A stretch of 63,990 bases of DNA, filler included. It is 9 parts of 9 records of this genome, joined end to end, with 100 filler letters (N's around TTAATTAATTAA, not from the genome) between each part and the next. Parts side by side here need not be neighbours in the genome. Positions count along the whole stretch, not along the records: positions 51,050 to 58,312 come from SRR31147125_27511; positions 58,413 to 63,990 come from SRR31147125_27543; 7 more parts are not named here. One strand, given 5' to 3'. Position 1 is the stretch's first letter. Every line of letters starts with the position of its first letter. A model generated the notes under the pieces. That model searched no databases, was not told the DNA's origin, and saw nothing but the letters and a program-made list of their open reading frames with translations. This document shows, one piece after another, positions 54,385-63,990 of the stretch. The position numbers and the translations under genes were made by a program.

Positions 54385-55821
54385 TTATCCCTTGATGACT
54401 CCCAAAGGTTTGAGTTTAACAACTTTTTTTGAAATTCCGGCTCCAACAACGGTTTCAACAACATCGGCAACATCTTTATAGGCTTCAGGCATTTCTTCTG
54501 CAAGAGTGCTGTAACTGGACGCTTTGACTAATATCCCTTTATCTTCCAGCTCTTTCTTTAAAACACGTCCCTTTGCTGTTTTTATCGCTTTTTTACGGCT
54601 CATCACCCGGCCGGCACCATGACATGTGGAGCCAAATGTGTCCTGCATCGCTTTTTCCGTTCCAACAAGAACATAGGAATAACGACCCATATCCCCGGGG
54701 ATAAGTACAGGCTGACCAACTTTACGATAATCCTGCGGAATAGCAGGATGATGTGGTGCAAATGATCGTGTGGCACCTTTACGATGAACACATACTTTTT
54801 TATTCTTACCATTTACAAGATGAGTCTCGATTTTTGCTATGTTATGTGCAACTTCATACACGACCTGAATATTCAATTCACTGGAACCAATTCCATAAAC
54901 CTGCTCAAAAGATGTTTGCACCCAGTGAGTAATCATCTGTCGATTACAAAAAGCAAAATTAACAGCACATGCCATTGCTGCCAGGTAATTTTGTCCTTCC
55001 GGTGACTTTACTGGGGCGCAACATAGCTGCCTGTCAGGCAATTCAATACCATATTTTTGGCTGGCGCGCAACATTTCTTTAATAAAATCATGACAAACCT
55101 GGTGTCCGAAACCTCTTGAGCCAGTATGTACAATAATGGTTACCTGGTCTTTATGCAAACCCAATGTTCTGGCGATGTTCTCATCGAACACCTCCTGCAC
55201 ACAACCGACTTCGACAAAATGGTTTCCGGATCCCAATGTGCCCAGTTGTGCTTTTCCACGTCTTAAAGCATGATCACTGATAATTTGAGGATTCGCACCT
55301 GCCATTCTGCCATTCTCTTCAATTTTATCCAGGTCCTGCTCTTTACCAAAACCATGGGCCACAGCCCATTGAGCACCTTGCTGCAAAACATTCTTTTCTT
55401 CTTTATGATTGAGTTTTATCGGCCCAGTGGAACCAACACCACTGGGAATATGGTTATAAAGTGTATCCACGAGTTTGGATAACCTTGGTTTCAAATCAGC
55501 TCGGGTCAGGTCTGTCCGAAGCAATCGAACCCCACAATTTATATCATATCCTACACCACCCGGAGAAATGACACCTTCATCAACAGAAAAGGCTGCCACA
55601 CCGCCAATGGGAAATCCATACCCCCAATGAATATCCGGCATAGCATAGGAATAACTGACTATACCCGGTAACCAGGCAACATTTGCGGCCTGCTCCAATG
55701 CATTATCCTGCAGGATAGAGGCCAGCATGTTTTCTGAGGCATATATACGCGCTGGTACACGCATTTTCCCTGTTTTGGGAATTTCATAAAGGAAATCGTG
55801 TATTTTATTTAGCTCTGGCAT
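54385..55821 (-). CDS. rtcB: RNA 2',3'-cyclic phosphate/5'-OH ligase RtcB
   Basis: MPDIHWGYGFPIGG, GYDINCG, GTLGSGNHF, HTGSRG, HNIA, HRKGAT, PGDMG, HGAGR, EE.PEAYK. Confidence 0.97.
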   Translation of the reverse strand: MPELNKIHDFLYEIPKTGKMRVPARIYASENMLASILQDNALEQAANVAWLPGIVSYSYAMPDIHWGYGFPIGGVAAFSVDEGVISPGGVGYDINCGVRLLRTDLTRADLKPRLSKLVDTLYNHIPSGVGSTGPIKLNHKEEKNVLQQGAQWAVAHGFGKEQDLDKIEENGRMAGANPQIISDHALRRGKAQLGTLGSGNHFVEVGCVQEVFDENIARTLGLHKDQVTIIVHTGSRGFGHQVCHDFIKEMLRASQKYGIELPDRQLCCAPVKSPEGQNYLAAMACAVNFAFCNRQMITHWVQTSFEQVYGIGSSELNIQVVYEVAHNIAKIETHLVNGKNKKVCVHRKGATRSFAPHHPAIPQDYRKVGQPVLIPGDMGRYSYVLVGTEKAMQDTFGSTCHGAGRVMSRKKAIKTAKGRVLKKELEDKGILVKASSYSTLAEEMPEAYKDVADVVETVVGAGISKKVVKLKPLGVIKG

Positions 55822-55891
55822 AATTTAATTCCTGAGCAATTATTATTTGTGAAAAAATGAAACGTGTAACATAACGACTATATTCTCATGT

Positions 55892-56326
55892 TTATATATC
55901 AAAAATAACCTGCACATTCCATTTTTCTTCTTTATGTTTAACTTTTAATTTGTGATACGTCACAGCCTTGATCTCAGTATGAATGTTGTGTTTTTTCAAA
56001 TCAACTTTTTCACCGGACACCTCTGCTGTCAGAAATAATCCATCTATCTTTAATAAACGGACATCTGCCATCAAAAATTGCTCTGTCTGAAAGATAAAAT
56101 TCAATTCGGACAACCAATTCACCAAAAGTTGCTCCAGATCCGCACCTTCCACTTTTATGTGGCGTCTTTTTATGTCTGTAACCTTGTCCACACAAATGAT
56201 GTGAAACATGGATGCCGCAGCAAGTTGAAAGGCTTGCTCCAGCGTGTTTGCATAAATTTTCACACCCACATCTCCGGTGTGATCAAGGAATTCGACGTTC
56301 TTTTTTTGATTCTTTTTTAATGGCAT
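55892..56326 (-). CDS. Archease
   Basis: LDHTGDVG, WLSEL, EIKAVTYH, C-terminal FDI; upstream of rtcB. Confidence 0.93.
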   Translation of the reverse strand: MPLKKNQKKNVEFLDHTGDVGVKIYANTLEQAFQLAAASMFHIICVDKVTDIKRRHIKVEGADLEQLLVNWLSELNFIFQTEQFLMADVRLLKIDGLFLTAEVSGEKVDLKKHNIHTEIKAVTYHKLKVKHKEEKWNVQVIFDI

Positions 56327-56557
56327 TTTGTTAATAAATGGACTAATGATGAGCCAACTCTGGCCATTGCTGGTACAATTTCAGCAAAGGTATGTCTTTT
56401 ATACTCTATTAATTTATGATAGCGCCAATAAAAAAGGTCGAAGTGAATTGTCTCCGACCCTTTTCAAGCAATGGGTTGCCATAAAATCTATACTTGAACA
56501 ATAATAAAAAGAACTATATCTATTGTCAAGAACAATATGATAAAACGAACATTTCCT

Positions 56558-58197
56558 CTATTTATTAAAAGAAATCAAAGAATCATCATAATCTTCCGGT
56601 TTTTCATATCCCAACAGGTTCAACAAGGTTGCTGCAATGTTACTCAGGCCCATATTTTCAAGATGAGCCATCTTGTATTCACCGGCATACTGAGAATCGA
56701 CAATAACAAAAGGGACCGGATTTAAAGTATGGGCTGTCTTTGTGGATTTTTTGCCATTTTTCACAGTGAACATTTCATCCGCATTACCATGATCTGCGGT
56801 AACAACTGCTATACCGCCCATTTCATTAACGACATTAATCAATTTACCAACGCATGCATCAACTGTTTCCACGGCTTCAATAGCTGCTGCCATAATTCCA
56901 GTATGACCCACCATATCGCCATTGGCAAAATTGAGTCGGCCGAATCGGTACTCACCGGTTTTCAGCAGCTCAATAGTTTTTTCCGTTATTTCAATGGCTT
57001 TCATTTTAGGTGCTTTGTCAAACTCGATCTTGTCAGATGGAATTTCAACATATTTTTCCAGGGATTCATCAATGTATCCGGACCGGTTCCCGTTCCAGAA
57101 ATAGGTAACATGGCCAAATTTCTGGGTTTCAGAGATGGCAAACATTTTCACTTTTTCCGCACATAAATACTCGGAAACCGTATTATCAATCTCCGGAGGC
57201 TGAACCAAATAATGAGACGGGATATGTAAATCACCGTCATATTCCATCATCCCAGCGTACAATACATCCGGATTTTGACCGCGATCGAATTCCGTAAATT
57301 CCTTTTCTTCAAAAGCGCGGGATATTTCAATGGCCCTGTCACCGCGAAAATTGAAATTTAACACACAATCGCCGTCTTTAATTGTGCCAACAGGTTGTTC
57401 GTTATCATCCACAATAACAAATTGACCAAGATACTGATCCGTGATGTTGGGATCCTCTTCATACAACGTACGTATTGCCTCTTCGGCTAAAACAAATTTT
57501 CTACCGATGCCATGCACATGAGCATCCCACCCTCTTTTACAACACTCCAGTCAGCATTATAACGGTCCATGGTTGTCACCATACGACCACCGCCAGAGGC
57601 GATTTGATAGTCATACCCCTTTTCTGCTGATATTTTGTCGAGTAACTCCTGAGCAGGCTGAATATATTTCAAAGCCGATTTCTCGCCAACGTCTCTTCCA
57701 TCGAGCAGAGGATGTAAGCGAAATCGTTTCACCCCATTTTCGGCACATTTATTAATCAGGGCAAACAAATGATTTATATGAGAATGCACATTTCCATCGG
57801 ATAACAAGCCAAGGAAATGCAAGGTTGCTCCACTTGTACCTTTTTGTATAAATTCATTCCAGACATCCGATTCAAAAATTTTACCGGTTTCAATGGAATT
57901 ATCCACCAGCTTGGCTCCCTGGGCGAAAACCCGGCCGGCACCGAGCGCGTTATGACCGACCTCACTGTTGCCCATATCTGCATCGCTGGGTAATCCCACT
58001 GCCTTTCCATGAGCTTTTAATTGCGTGACCAAATTCGTCTTTAACAGGTTGTCCAGCACCGGTGTATTGGCTAAATTTACCGCATTGCATTCATCATCTT
58101 TACCTAATCCGACTCCATCCATTATGATAAACAGGACAGGTCCTTTTCTTCCCGCAAATGAATCGTTAGTTTTGAGTTTTAAAGACATATCCTTCAC
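56558..58197 (-). CDS. gpmI: 2,3-bisphosphoglycerate-independent phosphoglycerate mutase; 1-nt slip near 57535
   Basis: IMDGVG, MGNSEVGH, SDGNVHSH, MDRY; then NFRGDR, SETQKFGHVT, NGDMVGHTG, TADHGNA, HTLNPVP. Confidence 0.95.
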
Positions 58198-58312
58198 CTT
58201 GTATTTTTATAATCATTATTTCTTTAAAATGTCTTATTTTGATATTTTAAAATTCTTTTAATATACTGTTATTTCATTTATCAGTCAATGGAGTTTTTTC
58301 ACAGGGTACCCC

Positions 58313-58412
58313 NNNNNNNNNNNNNNNNNNNNNNNNNNNNNNNNNNNNNNNNNNNNTTAATTAATTAANNNNNNNNNNNNNNNNNNNNNNNNNNNNNNNN
58401 NNNNNNNNNNNN
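58313..58412. other. Artificial contig-joining spacer
   Basis: Same 100-nt spacer. Confidence 0.99.
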
Positions 58413-59340
58413 GGGAAAGCATGGTCGAGAGCCAGGGCGTGCAAGGTGCGCGGAGCAACCATAAACGAGCCTAATGCCGACGAGATAGTAGAAGCTGCCA
58501 GCCCCAGCGGAATAATGAAAGATCCTCCCAAAGCTATTTCGGCCATAACCAGTTGTTTGCCGGTAAGGTTTTCAACCGATGCGGAAGCAGCCAGTTTATA
58601 GACCACAAAAAAGTAGATTATCATTCCTGAAAAAGTGGCAAGAATAGTTCCTAATGGAATGGAGCGTGAAGGACGTTTTAAATCTCCCGAAAGTCCAACG
58701 CCTGCTGTCATTCCGGTAAATGCCGGGAAAATTATGGCAAATACCATAAGAAATCGCGCGAGTTTCGCAATTCGCCTTTAAAATTAAAGATATTAATGTT
58801 TTGTACAGTTTCTGTTTTCCCCAGGAAAAAGAGAATAAGCGAAATGAATAAAATTCCGACAACGAAATAAAGTGCTTTTACACCGAGGTTTGCTCCTTTT
58901 TTTACAATCAGCAAAGCCAGCCCAAACATAACAGGTAAACTAATTACTTGCCGGGGCAAAATAAAGTTGTATTCCCGGGCCAGGAAATTGAAAAAAGATT
59001 CGAAAGCTTCGGTAAATGCAATAACGTAGAAAGCAACGCTAATTGCTTGCGACATAAATAATGCGATGCCAACGGTGGCTCCAATATTCAGCCCAAACGA
59101 ACGTGAAATAATAAAATACTCGCCGCCGCCCTCAACGCGTTTGTTGGTCGCAATTTCGGAAATGGCAAGAGCGGTTGGAATAGTTACAAGATGCCCCAAC
59201 AGAATAATGAGGATAACTCCCCAAAAACCAAGTGTGCCAACAGCAAATCCAAAACGTAAAAAAAGTATTGCCCCCAGTATGGTTGAGATAGCAGTTAAAA
59301 ATACAGGGGCCGTTCCAAATTTCCTTTGTTTTGTATTCAT
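58413..59340 (-). CDS. APC-superfamily / cation-chloride cotransporter-like permease (3' truncated; frameshift near 58750)
   Basis: ILGAILFLRFG, SEIATN..GGGEYFIISRSFG; then FAIIFPAFTGMTAGVGLSGDLK.PSRSIPLGT. Confidence 0.88.
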
Positions 59341-59386
59341 CCGCTGTTCGAAGTTGGGCTAGAGTAAATCTTGATGTGCAGCTATT

Positions 59387-59737
59387 TTAATAGTCGACAG
59401 CCAGTGCGAATCCTTTTTGCACCAATTCATCATTCAGCGAAATATTACTGTCGTGTAACCAGATTATTCCGATGTAACGCCCGTATTTACCTATGTCTTT
59501 ATCGGTCTGAAGCAATATGTCAAAGTCAACCGACTCTAGTCTGTTTATCACAAATTCCTTTGCGATGATTCCCTTTTTGTATTCCTCGCTGTCTTTTTTT
59601 ACGTTGTACGTTTCAGGAGTATTAATTCCGCGTAACCTAATTCTTTGGTTGGTGGTAATTTTAAAACCGAGGTCAATAACCACATCGATTGTGTCTCCGT
59701 CAACCACTCTTTCAACAAACGCTTTATACTTATACAT
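59387..59737 (-). CDS. Thermonuclease (SNase-like) family protein, no signal peptide
   Basis: VVDGDTID, RIRLRGINTPE, GKYGRYIG, LNDELV..GFA. Confidence 0.9.
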   Translation of the reverse strand: MYKYKAFVERVVDGDTIDVVIDLGFKITTNQRIRLRGINTPETYNVKKDSEEYKKGIIAKEFVINRLESVDFDILLQTDKDIGKYGRYIGIIWLHDSNISLNDELVQKGFALAVDY

Positions 59738-59917
59738 GGTGTTATTAATTTAATTTATGTATCAAGTTAAGTAAAAAGAGCTTCAAAGTCAAGCGTTTAA
59801 TGGATAAGCGAAAAAGTGATTATAAAAAACAAAGTGTTAAGCAATAAAATTGGAGTATAAAAATTGACCGGACTGGTATAGACAAATTTTGTTTGAAAGC
59901 TAAAAATGCAAGTGTGC

Positions 59918-61081
59918 TTAATTCGAAACGAACATCTTTTTGACGGCAATAAAATTGTTGGTTTTAAAACGATAGAAATAAATTCCTGAAGGCAGATTTT
60001 CAGTATTTACTTTTAATTCGTAGCTCCCGGGAGTGTACAATTTATTTTCCGATCTGTAGATTTGCTTTCCGGTAAGGCTCACAATATCAAAATCAATACT
60101 ATTTTCAGTTCGTACAGTGAATTCAATAAAGGTTTGTGTAACAGCAGGATTTGGAAAATTTTGTTTTACCTCAATTTTATCGGATTGCTCTTCAATATCT
60201 GTTACCGATGTTGTGTCCCAGCCGGCCAATTTTGCCCAAAGCCACCAAATTGCATAAGCTTTTTGGTTGGCGTTTAATGGTTCGCTGTGTGCCGAGCTGC
60301 AACTGTACCAATCGGTTCCTTCGGTATGCGAATTTTGCCATTCTGTAGCCCAGTTACCGCCGGTGTACGAGCAGTTGTCGCTAACATTTTTATCGCCATA
60401 GTAATTTCCGTCCGGATCGTAACATTCAATGTCGTAAAAGTCGAACAGAACTTTGTTGTTGTCTTCGCAGTATTTCCGTATTTGTTTATTTCTGAGATGA
60501 AGATTGCCGGTTTCGCCACTTCCATCGGAATGGCCAGTCATGTATACAAATGTTACATTGGGGTAATCTTTTTCCAATTGCGTCATTGGGTCAAGGTAAG
60601 TGTCAATCATTTGTTGTTCGGAACGGCCCGAAGCTTGTCCGCACCACGACCACATAATTACATTCACGTCAGAGTGAGATTGGTCGTTAAGGTATTCGCG
60701 GGTTTCGTCAACCCAGGCCGGGTAATAACCACAATCGTGGTCGAGCCAACCATCGCCATAACCGTCGCCTTCTTCAAGGTCGAGTGTGCCGTTTGTGCCT
60801 CCGTTATTATATTTAAAAATATCGGTAGCAAGCGAGAGTCCTTTCCCGCCATTGTTGGCAAAGTCTACTAATCCGCTCATTCCGGTTGTTATCTGGCTTC
60901 CGTGCGATGTGTGTCCATATCCAATGTGCAACGTTTCTTTTGCCTGAATAATTGCTGATTCCGGAATAGTGGTAATATCGGTACAAGTGTGGTCGGCAAT
61001 TATTCCTTGCCCTGCAATTTGTGAAGCCAAACCCAAATAAAATAGTATTAGGAGTAGCATAGAGGTTTTTGAGCGTCCCAT
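59918..61081 (-). CDS. T9SS (type A CTD) secreted protein with uncharacterised catalytic-like domain
   Basis: Signal peptide; C-terminal QNFPNP..GIYFY..KKM; core GHTSHGSQ, MWSWCG, LFDFYDIE. Confidence 0.85.
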   Translation of the reverse strand: MGRSKTSMLLLILFYLGLASQIAGQGIIADHTCTDITTIPESAIIQAKETLHIGYGHTSHGSQITTGMSGLVDFANNGGKGLSLATDIFKYNNGGTNGTLDLEEGDGYGDGWLDHDCGYYPAWVDETREYLNDQSHSDVNVIMWSWCGQASGRSEQQMIDTYLDPMTQLEKDYPNVTFVYMTGHSDGSGETGNLHLRNKQIRKYCEDNNKVLFDFYDIECYDPDGNYYGDKNVSDNCSYTGGNWATEWQNSHTEGTDWYSCSSAHSEPLNANQKAYAIWWLWAKLAGWDTTSVTDIEEQSDKIEVKQNFPNPAVTQTFIEFTVRTENSIDFDIVSLTGKQIYRSENKLYTPGSYELKVNTENLPSGIYFYRFKTNNFIAVKKMFVSN

Positions 61082-61099
61082 AATTTGTAATGTTTCGAG

Positions 61100-61807
61100 T
61101 TAATATTCCACTTTGGCAAATCCAAGTCGTTTTACGCCAAAATCATAGTTTAACGATGTTAGTCCCACCGGGGTCATCCCAACAACAAAGGGTTTGTTTC
61201 TGTATTCGAAATAAAACATAGCATAACCGTGTTCGTAAAAAACAATATCACCAACTTCGGGTTTTTGTGTTGAAGTAAGTACGCTTCGTAATTTATATCG
61301 GTCGCTGGTGTTCACGTTGGTTGTAGAGAATTTATTAATCATGTAAACCGCAAAACTCGGCGAATCAAATCCTTTTTCAATTGTATGTCCTCCCAGGTGC
61401 CATTTTATACTTTTCGCATCAATTAAGGCTCGCATTTCGTCTAATAATTGGGTTTGAGTAGGGTATCTCGAATGCATGTATTTATCTATGCCAAAATCGA
61501 ATTCGTACCGCTTATTTTTATAGTTAACAGCCAATTCCATCACTTCGTTCATCTTTAAAAGACTGTCTGATATTTGAACCATATCTTTGTTTAGTTCCGT
61601 AATATTCTTCTGAAGTTCCGATTTTTGCCGATTGAGCTCTTGTACCTCTTTGTTGGCGTTATCTACCGACATGTACGACACTAAAATAAGTATGATGGTA
61701 ATTATTAAGGGAATTGAAGAATAGATAAACATCCGCTTTTTCGACTTGTTTTCTTCAATCCGAAATTTATCCAGTATATGTTCGTTCTTGTTTTCCATAT
61801 TATCCAA
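61100..61807 (-). CDS. TM + coiled-coil protein with degenerate NlpC/P60-like C-terminal domain
   Basis: One TM helix, heptad region, WHLGG...GFDSPSF...PEVGDIVFY. Confidence 0.65.
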   Translation of the reverse strand: MDNMENKNEHILDKFRIEENKSKKRMFIYSSIPLIITIILILVSYMSVDNANKEVQELNRQKSELQKNITELNKDMVQISDSLLKMNEVMELAVNYKNKRYEFDFGIDKYMHSRYPTQTQLLDEMRALIDAKSIKWHLGGHTIEKGFDSPSFAVYMINKFSTTNVNTSDRYKLRSVLTSTQKPEVGDIVFYEHGYAMFYFEYRNKPFVVGMTPVGLTSLNYDFGVKRLGFAKVEY

Positions 61808-62144
61808 CTACGTTTTTTTCGATAAATTTCCAGATTAAATCTTCCAGTTTCTTTTTATCGGCGCCGCTCGAATGTTTGTGTTGTTCCGATAATTCGCTGA
61901 TGAGCCGGATTCGGTTTCGACGGTCGACTATTTCTTTTATGGGGAAGGCACAAACCGACGAAACCAGCGTGCCAGAAATACTTACCAGGCTTTTTAATTC
62001 ATCGGGAAAAGCCAGAATGTTGAAAGCGTTTAACAATATAATTAACAGACCAACAAAAATAATTAGCCCGGCAAACCCAACCCTAAATCGAATAGACGAT
62101 TTATAAGTGAGGATTATTTTCTGTATGTACAGATCAACATCCAT
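61800..62144 (-). CDS. Small two-TM membrane protein
   Basis: Two hydrophobic helices; overlaps the next gene by 8 nt. Confidence 0.65.
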   Translation of the reverse strand: MDVDLYIQKIILTYKSSIRFRVGFAGLIIFVGLLIILLNAFNILAFPDELKSLVSISGTLVSSVCAFPIKEIVDRRNRIRLISELSEQHKHSSGADKKKLEDLIWKFIEKNVVG

Positions 62145-62277
62145 AACGATTTAATGGTAGTTACAAGTTACTGATAATATGAATGTAAGTCAAATTTAAA
62201 AATTGATACTCATAATGGGCAATTGTGAATTGAACTTTCTTTTCATTATCTTCAACAAAAATCAATTTAACTTAAAA

Positions 62278-63015
62278 ATGAAACAATTTTTGCTCTTGGG
62301 ATTTGTCGTAATAGTAATTTTAAATGGCTGTAACTATTCTTCAAAAGAGAAAAAAACAGAAAACGGGAAAGCCAAAAATGACAGCATACAAATTGTATTA
62401 AAACCTTATGAAAACACAACGGATGTAATTGAGTATGAAATTCCGGTTTTTAAGGGAACGTCAAAAAAGCATGGAATTCAGAAACGATTTTACCGGAGTG
62501 GAAGTATTTACTCAAGTGTGCCATATTTAAACGGAAGCCGGCAAGGAGTTGCTTATACGTATTACCAGGCAGCAGAAGGCGTAAAACCTGTTGTTTGGAA
62601 AGAACAGCCTTACGTAAATAATGTGTTAACCGGAGTGTGTAAACGGTATCATAACGATGGGACTCTACAGGCCGAATACGAATACAAAAACGGAAATCCG
62701 GGAGTTGGATTAATAGAATATAACCGATCGGGAAAATTGATTGAACAACCCGGGCTTATTGTAACAAAAAACAAAGTAGCAACAGGGTATTATGTTAGCG
62801 CAAGCTTGTCGAAAAAGGCCGATAATATTGATTATTTTGTTGGAGAACTTGATGAAGGAAAATATTTACCCAAAGGCCTAAAAGGATTACAGATACGAAA
62901 TGGTGTAGGCGAGATTGTAGTAAGTAGCAACAAGAAACAGGTTACTATAACTGCGGTTTATTATACACGTTATCGTAACAAGGGGATTGTTTCGAAAACC
63001 ATTAATTTGAAATAG
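62278..63015 (+). CDS. Lipoprotein with MORN-variant (YwqK-like) repeats
   Basis: MKQFLLLG..LNGC lipobox; HGIQKRFYRSG, QGVAYTYY, TGVCKRYHNDG. Confidence 0.8.
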   Translation: MKQFLLLGFVVIVILNGCNYSSKEKKTENGKAKNDSIQIVLKPYENTTDVIEYEIPVFKGTSKKHGIQKRFYRSGSIYSSVPYLNGSRQGVAYTYYQAAEGVKPVVWKEQPYVNNVLTGVCKRYHNDGTLQAEYEYKNGNPGVGLIEYNRSGKLIEQPGLIVTKNKVATGYYVSASLSKKADNIDYFVGELDEGKYLPKGLKGLQIRNGVGEIVVSSNKKQVTITAVYYTRYRNKGIVSKTINLK

Positions 63016-63038
63016 AATCAGAGTTTCCGGTAGTAAGA

Positions 63039-63920
63039 TTAATTTTCAAGAATCGATTTAAAAGTATGAGCAATTTTTGGGTTGCTGGCATATAATATTC
63101 CTTTATGATTCATAAAGGTTGAGTCGGTGCGGTTTAAATCAAGAGGCGAACCATCGAGACTTTTCCCGTAAGCGCCCGATTCGCAGGCAATGCATGCTGT
63201 TGCTGCAAAATCCCACAAACTTCCGCCACCGGTTTGGGGCTTTGGAATTTTAAAATAGCAGCCCGGAGCATTATCAATTACCCAACAGGCATTTAGTACA
63301 GCACCGGCCAGTTTTTCAACTTTCATATTAGCAAAGCCCAATTCTTTAATTGCTTGTTGGCTTTTACGCATAATTTCTTCGTATCTTTTGTGCTGCACAA
63401 AACTGCGGTCGATGTAAAGCGTAAATGTTGCCGATTTTTCAGAATCCAATTCCGGTTTCCAAGCCTTCAAATTTTTGAAAGCCCCCTGTTCTTTTATTGC
63501 ATGAAATAATGTTTTTGTCACCGGGTTGTAAACCACGCCCAACTGCGATTCGCCACTTTTTGAAACCAATGCAATTGATACCGAATAACCGGGAGTTTTT
63601 TCGGTAAAAGCCAACGTTCCATCCATCGGATCGATACACCAGAAATAGTCTTTTTCGAAGCGGCTTTTATCGTCGGTGCTTTCTTCGGTAAGCAAAGCCA
63701 AATCGTATTTTTCAAGGGTAGGAGAGAGGATGTCAAGGATAATATTTTGGGCTTTTACATCAACTTCGGTAACCACTTGCGAAGCCAAACTATCGGCAGC
63801 TTCTTTGTTTTTTACTTCAATGTTTTTATCAGCATATTCACTGATAAGTTTTCCTGCTTTTTTTGCTGCTTTAATCGCCGTTTGGCAAAGATTATTTAGG
63901 TCGGTGGCTGATAATTTCAT
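63039..63920 (-). CDS. Inositol monophosphatase / 3'(2'),5'-bisphosphate nucleotidase (CysQ-like)
   Basis: VTEVD, LTEES, WCIDPMDGT, WDFAA. Confidence 0.9.
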   Translation of the reverse strand: MKLSATDLNNLCQTAIKAAKKAGKLISEYADKNIEVKNKEAADSLASQVVTEVDVKAQNIILDILSPTLEKYDLALLTEESTDDKSRFEKDYFWCIDPMDGTLAFTEKTPGYSVSIALVSKSGESQLGVVYNPVTKTLFHAIKEQGAFKNLKAWKPELDSEKSATFTLYIDRSFVQHKRYEEIMRKSQQAIKELGFANMKVEKLAGAVLNACWVIDNAPGCYFKIPKPQTGGGSLWDFAATACIACESGAYGKSLDGSPLDLNRTDSTFMNHKGILYASNPKIAHTFKSILEN

Positions 63921-63962
63921 GATTTTAGATTTCCTTTAATTTAATAATTTTCATAGAAATAC

Positions 63963-63987
63963 GTCATTCTGAACTTGTTTCAGAATC
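63963..63987. repeat. REP-like palindrome
   Basis: GTC-ATTCTGAA-CTTGT-TTCAGAAT-C; same architecture as the GTCAT-type REPs. Confidence 0.6.
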
Positions 63988-63990
63988 TTT

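Noticed and set aside
5548-58412. Eight identical TTAATTAATTAA motifs within N-runs, and ORFs containing X-runs
   Set aside because: Artificial contig linkers; ORF parts and gene neighbourhoods spanning them have no biological meaning.
62278-63015. YwqK-like protein as the antitoxin of a toxin-antitoxin pair
   Set aside because: It is a lipoprotein with generic MORN-variant repeats and has no adjacent toxin.

Overview
This window is not one locus. It is nine unrelated contig fragments joined by eight identical 100-nt spacers (N-run, TTAATTAATTAA, N-run), so gene context is only valid within a fragment. Taxonomic labels are inferred from gene content. (A) 1-5547, Bacteroidota polysaccharide-utilisation locus: SusC, SusD, GH97. 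(B) 5648-14321, AT-rich surface-glycan cluster: KamA-like radical SAM, pseI, formyltransferase, flippase, CapA-like protein, acyltransferase, AsnB-like protein. (C) 14422-24873, REP-rich, deltaproteobacteria-like: tsaB, trmL, GGDEF/HD-GYP, TPR, patatin and an xseA-xseB-ispA-yjbQ-RuBisCO-like protein (form IV) operon. (D) 24974-31492, Bacteroidota: beta-propellers, lactonase, cytochrome c-PQQ sugar dehydrogenase, MBL hydrolase, ABC transporter. (E) 31593-36926, Clostridia-like: Cys-rich small protein, solute-binding protein, udk/serine hydrolase, pyk. (F) 37027-43279: accessory region with several families of repeated non-coding elements. (G) 43380-50949, Clostridia-type mobile element: two large serine recombinases, a three-gene secreted-protein module and an IS3 end. 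(H) 51050-58312: gcvP, ECF sigma, rtcB-archease, gpmI. (I) 58413-63990, Bacteroidota: permease, thermonuclease, T9SS cargo, NlpC/P60-like protein, IMPase/CysQ. Many genes are broken by single-base slips in homopolymers, most likely sequencing errors. Best candidates for novelty: the sortase-less pilin/WxL-like trio on the mobile element (G), the IV-Photo-type RuBisCO-like protein with YjbQ in the position usually held by dxs (C), and a duplicated promoter/5-codon uORF/hairpin leader plus a triplicated post-gene element (F). No rRNA, tRNA or CRISPR array was seen.
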